Shown piece by piece: positions 54,354 through 62,061 of a DNA stretch of 64,000 nt. The first letter of the stretch is position 1. Every line of letters begins with the position of its first letter. Source of the stretch: Immundisolibacterales bacterium (lineage in GTDB: Bacteria; Pseudomonadota; Gammaproteobacteria; HK1). A model generated the notes under the pieces. That model made no database searches, was not told the origin of the DNA, and was given only the letters and a program-made list of their open reading frames with translations. The stretch is taken from the NCBI GenBank assembly GCA_026712715.1, contig JAPOPW010000034.1, positions 31,720-95,719 on the forward strand. The letters run 5' to 3'. A program made the translations under genes and the position numbers.

Positions 54354-55093
54354 GCAGGCCGTGGAGCGCAAGGAGCGAGGCGGAACGAAAACGAATGGAG
54401 GCGGCGTTCGTGGCCCGCCACGGCGCCGAGATGCTGCTCGACGGCGATTCGGAGCCTCCGCCCGCGACCGGAGACGAGTTGCCGCCCGGAACGCTGCGTC
54501 CGGGCCGCCGACTTCCCTTCGCGCACCTCCACGCGTCCCTGCGCGGTGGCCGGCCGCTGCCGCCCGAGGTCTCGGCCGCGCTTCGATCGGACCCCGCGCT
54601 CCGCGACGACTTCGCGCTCCTCGTCCGCCGGAGCGCCCGCCAGCACCTGCCGCGCGCGGCCGCCGCGGCGGGGCGTGAAGGCATTCTCCGGCGCGAGGCG
54701 GGGGGGTTCGTCGTCCGCCTCGTCGCGTCGCGGGCCGGCCGCGACCAGGTCTACCTCCTCGTCGAGCTGCCCGAGGAGGTGGCCGCGGAGGCACAGGTGC
54801 GGGCAGGACCGGATGCAAACGGTTCCGGGCGCCAGCCGGCGGAGGTTCGGGCGGCTGACGACCGGATCGGCGGGGACCCCGCGCCCGACGCGGCGGGCGG
54901 AACGCCCCCGCCCGCCGCCCGACGCGCGGCGCCTGCCGCACCGGATCGGATGGTCGTGCGGACCGCGGACGGGGAATTCCTGAAGCAGGCCCTCCCGTCG
55001 CCCGAAGACCGCACCGTGCGACTCGTGATGGAGGCGGACGACCCGCTGATACGGGCGGTGGCCGAACCCGCGAGCGAGATCTATCTGCTGTGA
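54350..55093 (+). CDS. Hypothetical protein (247 aa)
   Basis: This lies in track ORF 53681..55093. ATG 54350 is preceded by GGGAGGA and overlaps the upstream TGA. I recognised no family. Confidence 0.55.
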   Translation: MSRPWSARSEAERKRMEAAFVARHGAEMLLDGDSEPPPATGDELPPGTLRPGRRLPFAHLHASLRGGRPLPPEVSAALRSDPALRDDFALLVRRSARQHLPRAAAAAGREGILRREAGGFVVRLVASRAGRDQVYLLVELPEEVAAEAQVRAGPDANGSGRQPAEVRAADDRIGGDPAPDAAGGTPPPAARRAAPAAPDRMVVRTADGEFLKQALPSPEDRTVRLVMEADDPLIRAVAEPASEIYLL

Positions 55094-55259
55094 GGGCCGC
55101 CGGCGAGACGACACTCCGCCGCCGCGGCGGACGGGACGCCGCGGTGCGCGAGTCCGGGCCGCGCGAGGCCGGCCGGAGTCCGCCTGCCGGATTCGGGGTG
55201 CCGCGGGGCACGGCCCCGCGCCGCTCTTCCGTCCGCCGCCGCCGCGAACGAAGCCGCGC

Positions 55260-56882
55260 GTGAACCGGATCCGGGTGTTCATCGCGACCACGGAGGGGCC
55301 GGTTGCGGTGCAGAAGATTACCGCCGAGGACCCGGACGTTCCGTCCGTCGCCTGCCGCGACGGCACCACCGAGGTCCTCGCGATCTCACGCGACTACACC
55401 CGCTTCGTCGAGCGGGGCACCGGCCTGGTGGCGGCGCTCACCGGCCACGGCGCGTACCGCCTGGATCTGGACCGGCCGGTGGACGGCGGGCGGAGCTGGC
55501 AGCTACCGGTGCTGCTGGCCCACCTCCTCGAGGCCGAGGGGCGCCTCGCGGGGCCGGACGAGCCCGCCGACCTCGCGCTCCTCGCGACCGGGGAGGTCGA
55601 CCGCGATCAGCGGGTGCGGCGGGGCGGCCGGATCCCCGAGAAGCTCGCCGCCGCGAACGACCTCGTCACCCGGCACCGGCAAGCCGGCCCGCCCCTGGTG
55701 GTGCTGGTGCCGGCGGCGGATCGGACACCCGCGATCGATGCGGCGCCGCCGGCGCCGGGCGGCGACTTCGAAGGCATGGTGTCGGTGCTCGCCTGGGAGC
55801 GGGTCATGGGTCTCACCGACCTCGAGGCGGCGCCGGCGGGCCGGTTGGCACCGCATGCGGGACGGGCGCCGGGCGATGCCCCGGACCCGCAAGCGGGCGC
55901 GGGCGGAGGCGCATCACGCGCCGTCCCGAAAGACGCCGCCCGGCGGGCGGCGGAGAGCGGCACGGGCAACGGCTCGCATCGCGGCCCCACCGGCGACTCC
56001 GGGGACGTGGACGCTCCCCCGCGCCGGCCCGCGAATCCGTCCACGCCGTCACGAGAGCACGCCGCCGCCGAACCGGACCCGGATCCGGTTCCGGCCCCGC
56101 CGGGCGGAGCGGCCGCCGCACGCCCCCGGCGCCGGACGGGGCGGACGGCCACCGCGATCCTTCTCGTCGCGGCAGTGGCGGGGGCAGCGTCCGGAGCCGC
56201 CTGGTGGAACGGCCCGCGGGACTGGGAGATGCTGCGTCGCGCGGGAGACTACGAGGGTCTCGAACGCGCCCTCCGGCAGTCCGTCGTCGCTCCCCTGGCC
56301 GATCGGTACCGGTCCGGACTCCTCGCCGGCGCGCCCGCCCCGGAGAGCCTCGTCTTCAGCCTCGTGGAGCAACGGACGGCGGACGGGCAGCCCTGCGATC
56401 CGGGCGGCTTCCGCGACGCGGACCGCACGGAGCGCGCCCGCCTGGCGGGGACCCCCATGCCCCCCCTCAGGCCGGGGTTCTTTCGCTCCGAGGGGGGCGC
56501 GAGCCTCTGCCGGGCGGTGTATCGCGTCGCCAACGAGGGCGAGCGGCTGGTCTACGTCTACTTCGCGGTCCGGCCGTCGCTCTCGTCGGCGGCCGGCAAG
56601 GCGGAGGCTCCGGCGGTCCGGCGCGCTGCCGCCCTCCCCCCCGGCGCGAGCCTCGCTCTCGACCTCGACCTCGACCTCCGGCTCTTTCGGGACCGGATTC
56701 TCGGTGCCGACCTGCTGGTCCTCGCCGCCCCCAGCCCGTCCCCACAGATTCGCCACGCATTCGAGCTCGCGTCGGAGGCCGGCGCGGGGAGCCGTGCACG
56801 GGGGGCGGCTCCGCTCGATCTCACCGCACTGCCCGCGCTCGGCCTCACCGTCAAGGGGGCGAGCCACGCCATCCTGCGGTAG
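55260..56882 (+). CDS. Membrane protein with N-terminal Lon-protease-like (S16 fold) domain, one TM helix and a C-terminal extracytoplasmic domain
   Basis: Track ORF 55260..56882 (GTG start). PVDGGRSWQLPVLLAHLL...LLATGEVDRDQRVRRGGRIPEKLAAAN...VVLVPAAD parallels Lon_C (DGPSAGIA...AMTGEITLRGxVLPIGGLKEKLLAAHR...VLIPxxN). The TM helix is TATAILLVAAVAGAASGAAWW, around aa 300. Confidence 0.55.
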   Translation: MNRIRVFIATTEGPVAVQKITAEDPDVPSVACRDGTTEVLAISRDYTRFVERGTGLVAALTGHGAYRLDLDRPVDGGRSWQLPVLLAHLLEAEGRLAGPDEPADLALLATGEVDRDQRVRRGGRIPEKLAAANDLVTRHRQAGPPLVVLVPAADRTPAIDAAPPAPGGDFEGMVSVLAWERVMGLTDLEAAPAGRLAPHAGRAPGDAPDPQAGAGGGASRAVPKDAARRAAESGTGNGSHRGPTGDSGDVDAPPRRPANPSTPSREHAAAEPDPDPVPAPPGGAAAARPRRRTGRTATAILLVAAVAGAASGAAWWNGPRDWEMLRRAGDYEGLERALRQSVVAPLADRYRSGLLAGAPAPESLVFSLVEQRTADGQPCDPGGFRDADRTERARLAGTPMPPLRPGFFRSEGGASLCRAVYRVANEGERLVYVYFAVRPSLSSAAGKAEAPAVRRAAALPPGASLALDLDLDLRLFRDRILGADLLVLAAPSPSPQIRHAFELASEAGAGSRARGAAPLDLTALPALGLTVKGASHAILR

Positions 56883-57098
56883 CGCGTCCGGCCGTGCCGT
56901 CGCCCCATCCTGCATCGGCGGCGCGGAAAGAGCGGGGCAGTGAGGCAGCGGGGCGGCCTTCCGTACGGGATGGGTGGCCGGGCGGCGGTCACTGGGGATG
57001 GGCGCGCGTTGAATCCCGCGGGCCCGACCGGGCCGGGCCGGTGAGGGCCGGATGCCGTTTGCGGAACCGGCCTGCCACGACGCGCCGCGGTCGCCCCG

Positions 57099-58844
57099 TC
57101 AGCGGCGGTTGAGGATTCCGCCCATGATGGTGCCGAAGACCTTCAGGGCCTGCGTCGCCTGCTGCTCCTCCGCCTGTCGCCGATCGCGCAAGCCGCGCGC
57201 CTCCGCAACGTGGCGGCCCCGGGGGAACGCCAACAGATACTCGTGATAGCCGGCCGCGGTGTTCGCCGCCTTCGCCCGCACGAACGCATCGTCGTCCGCG
57301 GCCTGGCGCTTCAGCGTCTCGGCATGCCGCAGCGCATCGCGCTCCCGGCGGGCCTCCGCCACGTGGATCCCGTCCGGAAACATGCCGAGGTACTCGTCGT
57401 ACCCCGCCACCGTGCCGAGCGTCCTGGCCCATGCGAACGCGTCGTCGTCCGCCGCCTTCCGCTTCGCGTCCGCGGCCTTGCGCTTCGCGTCCGCTTCGTT
57501 CCGGGCCGCGGTCAGCCGCTCGCGCTCGCGGCGCTCCGCCTCCACGTTCGCCCGTGCCTGCGCCGCCCGCCCGAACGGCTCCAGCGCAGCCACCTGCCCG
57601 CCCGTGAGATAACCCGTCGGCGAGTATCCCTTCGAGGACTGCCAGCCGCGGATCCCCCGCCGCGTTCGCGGCCCGAACTTCCCGTCCGCGCCACCGACGT
57701 CGAAGTCGAGGGCATTGAGGGCGTGCTGGATCAGGCGGCGGTCCTGCCGGAGGAGTCCGAGCCCCGCCTCGACCTCCCGCGGCGTCAGCGAGGACGGCAC
57801 GGCCGGGGCGGAAGCCGCAGGCGCGGCTGGGGCGGAAACCGCGACCTGCCCTGCGCCGGTGGCCGGAGCGGTCTTGCTCCCGCCCGCCGGGAGGTCTTCC
57901 GTGGCCGGCTGCGTCTCGACGAGGGCCAGCTCCGGCCGGTCCGGGAACCCTCTGCCGCCCGCGAAGGCGGCGAGCACGGTGTCGGCGTTTCCGGTGAAGC
58001 TCACCCGCTGCCGCCGCTTGTAGGTACGGCGCGCCGCGCGGGTCATGTGGCGGTCGAGGTACGCCTTCGCCTCCCGGGCGGTCACCCGCCCGTCCGTGTC
58101 CGCATCGCTCTTGCCGTAGAGGGCGTCGAGGAGGTGATGCGTGAACAGGCCGTGACCCGCCTCGTGATCCCACGACGCGAGCTGCTCCCCCGTCGCCGCG
58201 GTCAGCACCGAGAGGCGCTCCCCGGCCTGCGCGGGAAGGTCGGCGCCGACGTAGACCGGAGAGGCGGACCGGATGAGCATCCCGCCGCCGCCGCTCCCGC
58301 CCGAGAAGCACGCGTCGAGGTACACCGCGACCGAGCGGGCTTCTTCGAGACTGGACAGGTTCTCGTACAGGACGTCGATGGGGTAGCCGTTCAGCTCCGC
58401 GGTATTCGGGTCGGCGTTCACCGGCAGGAGGTAGCCGCGCTTGTCCTCGAGCCCCGGCGCTCCGTGCCCGGAATAGAAGACCACCACGTCCGACCGGCCA
58501 TCGGGGTCGAGGTACGACCAGAGCTCGCTCCGATCCGCGGTCGCCCGGCTCCCGAAGGTGGACCACATCTCGGCCTGGGTCGCGTCACGGAGATCGATGA
58601 CGTTCTCCGGGTCGAACCCGAGCACGTCGACCACGTATCGCCGGAACGCCTCGGCGTCGCGGTGGGCGAACTCCACGTCCGGGATATCGCCCTGGTAGGT
58701 CCGGTTGCCGATGATGACCGCCACCCCGTCCGGGTTCGCGAACTCCGCACGCGCGGGGACGAAGGAGCCGGCGACCGCCGCCGAAATCAAGGCGCACCCG
58801 AGCATGAGAGAGCGAGAGACCGCCCGTGTCGCTTGCGCTGCCAT
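57099..58844 (-). CDS. Secreted caspase-like (C14) + peptidoglycan-binding + coiled-coil protein, paralog 4 (no FGE domain)
   Basis: Track ORF 57099..58865, started at ATG 58844, preceded by GGAGGG. The signal peptide ends ...PARA/EFANP. It has FYSGHG (H127), LDACFSG (C179) and the PG-binding module GGADGKFGPRTRRGIRGWQ. Two tandem copies of a DDDAF...GY.EYL..FP.G.HVAEAR motif lie near the C-terminus. Confidence 0.85.
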   Translation of the reverse strand: MAAQATRAVSRSLMLGCALISAAVAGSFVPARAEFANPDGVAVIIGNRTYQGDIPDVEFAHRDAEAFRRYVVDVLGFDPENVIDLRDATQAEMWSTFGSRATADRSELWSYLDPDGRSDVVVFYSGHGAPGLEDKRGYLLPVNADPNTAELNGYPIDVLYENLSSLEEARSVAVYLDACFSGGSGGGGMLIRSASPVYVGADLPAQAGERLSVLTAATGEQLASWDHEAGHGLFTHHLLDALYGKSDADTDGRVTAREAKAYLDRHMTRAARRTYKRRQRVSFTGNADTVLAAFAGGRGFPDRPELALVETQPATEDLPAGGSKTAPATGAGQVAVSAPAAPAASAPAVPSSLTPREVEAGLGLLRQDRRLIQHALNALDFDVGGADGKFGPRTRRGIRGWQSSKGYSPTGYLTGGQVAALEPFGRAAQARANVEAERRERERLTAARNEADAKRKAADAKRKAADDDAFAWARTLGTVAGYDEYLGMFPDGIHVAEARRERDALRHAETLKRQAADDDAFVRAKAANTAAGYHEYLLAFPRGRHVAEARGLRDRRQAEEQQATQALKVFGTIMGGILNRR

Positions 58845-59017
58845 CTTCCACCCTCCGTCCATCACCGACCCGACTGCGGCGGAGGGCCCTCCCAGCCGAT
58901 GGTGCGCGCACCCGGCGGCGTCCGCCGGTCGTCGGAGAACGGCTCCCCGCGTCGCTAACGGTGCACCCGCGGCCCGCCGCCTGTCAACCGGGCGAAGAGA
59001 TCACCCCCGGCATCTGC

Positions 59018-59392
59018 TCAGGCCCTCACGACCAGGACATCGTACCTGGCGATGTCCGGATCCCGTGTGACCAGTACGAGCCCTCCCAGTTGCGCTTGCG
59101 CCACCAGCAGGCGGTCGAACGGGTCGCGGTGATGCATGGGCAGACTTGCACACGCTTCCACATGGGAAAGCTCGATACCGAGAATCTCGTAGTCTTCGGA
59201 AACGATTCGCCAGAAGCCGATCGGAACGTCGAGCTTGCCGATAGAGGCCTTGATCGCGCACTCCCACAGCGACGCCATGCTGACGTACAGGGTGTTGCCG
59301 GTCGACTGCAGAACGGAGAGCGCCTCCGCGGATAGCCGCTCGGGCGCCGACCGTGCCCAGAGCAGGGCGTGCGTGTCGAGCAGATATCTCAC
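59018..59392 (-). CDS. vapC: PIN-domain toxin (VapC-like), TA pair 3
   Basis: Track ORF 59018..59392. YLLDTHALLW, SLWECAIKASIGKL and HHRDPFDRLLVAQA are present. It is the same PIN subfamily as pair 2 and overlaps the antitoxin by 4 nt. Confidence 0.85.
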   Translation of the reverse strand: MRYLLDTHALLWARSAPERLSAEALSVLQSTGNTLYVSMASLWECAIKASIGKLDVPIGFWRIVSEDYEILGIELSHVEACASLPMHHRDPFDRLLVAQAQLGGLVLVTRDPDIARYDVLVVRA

Positions 59393-59634
59393 TCGGGCTC
59401 GGCCATTCCGAGCGCTTCTCGCAGATCGGGCGGCCAGTCGTCGAAATCTTCGCTGATCCGAATCTGTCCGGCGAGATCGCCGAGCTTGCGCCGTTCACCG
59501 GACGTGACGAAACGGCTGATCCGCACCACGGGCTTGCCCATGCGGGTGACTATGAACTCGTCGCCGTTGACGGCCTTCTCGACAATCTCGGAGAACCGGG
59601 CCTTGGCGTCGCTGAGGGTCACTACGGATTCCAC
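59389..59634 (-). CDS. Phd/YefM-type antitoxin, TA pair 3
   Basis: Track ORF 59389..59634 (GTG start). It reads VTLSDAKARFSEIVEKAVNGDEFIVTRMGKPVVRI. Confidence 0.85.
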   Translation of the reverse strand: MESVVTLSDAKARFSEIVEKAVNGDEFIVTRMGKPVVRISRFVTSGERRKLGDLAGQIRISEDFDDWPPDLREALGMAEPE

Positions 59635-59644
59635 GTCGGATGTT

Positions 59645-59659
59645 CCTGGTCAAACCAGG
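59645..59659. promoter_or_regulatory. Palindrome CCTGGT-CAA-ACCAGG upstream of TA pair 3 (possible operator)
   Basis: It has perfect 6-bp arms and lies 10 nt upstream of the antitoxin start. GGTCA/GACCA half-sites are adjacent. Confidence 0.3.
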
Positions 59660-59736
59660 TCAGACCATAGCCTGTCGAGCGGGAGAGATTCAACTGCAAC
59701 GCCGGGTCGGACCCATCGGGGGGCGTCCTCCCCACG

Positions 59737-60345
59737 TCAGGCGAGGATCTCGAAGTGGGCCTCGCGGGGCGGCTGTCCGCCCTCGCCGTTGATGGGAAGG
59801 ATGTCCTGCGGGCAGGACGAGAAGACGACGAAGCAGTCCATCTCCGCACGGAGGACGATGTGGTCCCCGGGGGAGCAGACCGTCGGGCGGTAGTCGAGCG
59901 AGTTCCGGTCCTCGCCGACCGGGATGTTCATGAAGATGTTCCAGGAGCCGGACACCTTGAACGGCGGGGTCACGCCAAGCTCCGAAAGCCCCTCGACCAT
60001 GTTGTCCTGACAGTTGCGGTGGTAGCCGTCGCACCCGAGGAGGTCGTAGCGGTAGCGGTCGCAGGCGGACATCAGGGTGTCGTGGATCCCCGGGCTCGTG
60101 TCCTCTTCGAAGGTCAGGATGGGGCGGCGCTGGTTGGTGACGAAGACGTCGCCCGTGATCACGTTGATCCGCCCGTTCCACACGCGCGTCGCCTCCATCG
60201 ACATGAACTCGCGAAGGTCGTAGGCGTTGAACGCCCAGCCGTCCACGACCTGGGTGCCGTGGGTGTTGATGAGGCGTACCCGCTCGCCCGCCTCGACCCG
60301 CACGGCCTTGCCGTGCCCCGCCGGAATCCGCACCCGTGCCCCCAT
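59737..60345 (-). CDS. DUF1989 (urea carboxylase-associated) family protein
   Basis: Track ORF 59737..60345. IPAGHGKAVRVEAGERVRLINTHGTQVVD, HDTLMSACD and NIFMNIP are typical of the family. Confidence 0.85.
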   Translation of the reverse strand: MGARVRIPAGHGKAVRVEAGERVRLINTHGTQVVDGWAFNAYDLREFMSMEATRVWNGRINVITGDVFVTNQRRPILTFEEDTSPGIHDTLMSACDRYRYDLLGCDGYHRNCQDNMVEGLSELGVTPPFKVSGSWNIFMNIPVGEDRNSLDYRPTVCSPGDHIVLRAEMDCFVVFSSCPQDILPINGEGGQPPREAHFEILA

Positions 60346-60649
60346 TTCCTCATCCTCCCCGCATGGCTCGCGGAGGCAGGATACCGCCTTGTCCCGGGTG
60401 TGGCCGACACCTGCGCCCGTCGCTCCGGAATGGCGGCGGGGTCAGGAGCCGCGCGCGTCGTGCGCCGGTCCTGGTTCCGGTCCCGGCGCGATGATCGAAC
60501 AACAATTGTTACCCCGTGGTTGATCAATCGTTTCTTGGTCCTCGACCGGGGGTGGAGTAGCATCCCGCCCCGGTCGCCGTCGCGCGACCGCGACCACTCC
60601 CGGCGGGCTTAGCACATTGCGCGCGCGTCGCAACCGGAGTCGTGCCGGC

Positions 60650-61927
60650 ATGGCCATGACCCATTCGGATCAGGCGTCCGCGAACCTTCGCCGCGCGGTC
60701 ATCGTGCTCATCTGCGCGAGCGTGATCCTGGTGGTCGGGAACGGGATCCGCACGAGCTTCGGGCTCATGCTCGTGCCCATGACCACCGACCTCGGCTGGA
60801 GCCGCGAGTCGTTCTCCCTCGCTCTCGCCATCCAGAACTTCGTCTGGGGCGCCGCTCAGCCCTTCGCGGGCGCGCTCGCGGACAAGTTCGGGGATCGCCG
60901 GGTAATCGCGTCGAGCGTGGGTCTGTATGCGGTGGGACTGTTCCTCACCGCCTACAGCTCGACTCCCCTCGACTTCGCGGTGAACGGGGGGGTGCTCATC
61001 GGCATCGCCATGTCCGGGACGGGCATCCCGATCATGCTTTCCGTAGTCGGGCGGTCGGTGCCGGAATCGAGACGCAGCCTCTTCCTCGGAATCGCCGGCT
61101 CCGCGGGTGCGCTCGGACAGGCGACGGTGGTGCACGGGGTCCAGTTCCTCATCGCGAGCGGTGGCTGGGGGTGGATGCTGCTCGTCCTCTCGGTCGCGAG
61201 CGCCGCGCTCATTCCCCTCGCCGCCGCGTTTGCGGGCCGCCTGCACCGGCAGTTCGGGCCGGCCGGAAGCCCATCCGGCCCCCCGGCCCCGGCGGCCGCA
61301 TCCTTCGACGAGCAGTCGATGACGCGGGCCATCCGCAGCGCGGGGAGAAACGGCGGGTTCTGGTACCTGAGCGGAGGCTTCTTCGTCTGCGGCTTCCACG
61401 TCATATTCATTCAGACCCCCCTCCCCGCCTACATCGGCGACGCGGGACTCTCGCCCAACCTCGCCGCCGTGAGCATCTCCGTCATCGCAATCGGCAACAT
61501 CTTCGGCTCCATCATCGCGGGGATGCTCGGCGAGCGGTATCGCAAGCGCACGGTGCTCTCGGGGCTCTACTTCGGGCGGGCGGTGATCATCGCGGTCTTC
61601 GTCCTGAGTCCGGTCAGCGAGGTGAGCGTCCTCGTCTTCTCCTTCCTCATCGGGCTCGTGTGGCTCTCCACGGTGCCGCTTACTACCGCGCTCGTGGCCC
61701 AGATGTTCGGCATCCGCTACCTCGCGACCCTCTTTGGCCTCGTCTTCTTCGGGCACCAGCTCGGGAGCTTCCTCGGGGCCTGGCTCGGCGGCTACGTCTA
61801 CGACGCGACGGGGAGCTACGACATCGTGTGGTGGATCGCGATCGCGCTCGGGGTGGTGGCCGCGGCGCTGCACTGGCCGATCCGCGAGCCGCGGCCGAGG
61901 CTCCGTTTCGCGGCCCAGCAGGCCTGA
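60650..61927 (+). CDS. MFS transporter
   Basis: This lies in track ORF 60617..61927, starting at ATG 60650 (MAMTHSDQ...). It has GALADKFGDRRV (MFS motif A) and about 12 hydrophobic segments. Confidence 0.8.
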   Translation: MAMTHSDQASANLRRAVIVLICASVILVVGNGIRTSFGLMLVPMTTDLGWSRESFSLALAIQNFVWGAAQPFAGALADKFGDRRVIASSVGLYAVGLFLTAYSSTPLDFAVNGGVLIGIAMSGTGIPIMLSVVGRSVPESRRSLFLGIAGSAGALGQATVVHGVQFLIASGGWGWMLLVLSVASAALIPLAAAFAGRLHRQFGPAGSPSGPPAPAAASFDEQSMTRAIRSAGRNGGFWYLSGGFFVCGFHVIFIQTPLPAYIGDAGLSPNLAAVSISVIAIGNIFGSIIAGMLGERYRKRTVLSGLYFGRAVIIAVFVLSPVSEVSVLVFSFLIGLVWLSTVPLTTALVAQMFGIRYLATLFGLVFFGHQLGSFLGAWLGGYVYDATGSYDIVWWIAIALGVVAAALHWPIREPRPRLRFAAQQA

Positions 61928-62061
61928 TTCCGGCGCCGGTCCGCGCCGGCGCGTCTCGCCCGGGTCGCGCGAGCCGGCCTCGGGCCGCTCTCTCGCGGTT
62001 CCTCTCCCGAGGGTAAACTCCCTTGCCGTACCCTGCTGTCGACGAGAGAGGGAGAGACCCG

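Noticed and set aside
36821-58844. A bacterial gasdermin-protease type or other cytoplasmic anti-phage cell-death system, suggested by the caspase-like and S8 proteases.
   Set aside because: The active proteases all carry Sec-type signal peptides and peptidoglycan-binding modules. No gasdermin-sized cytoplasmic ORF, NACHT/STAND ATPase or nuclease is adjacent. An envelope function fits better.
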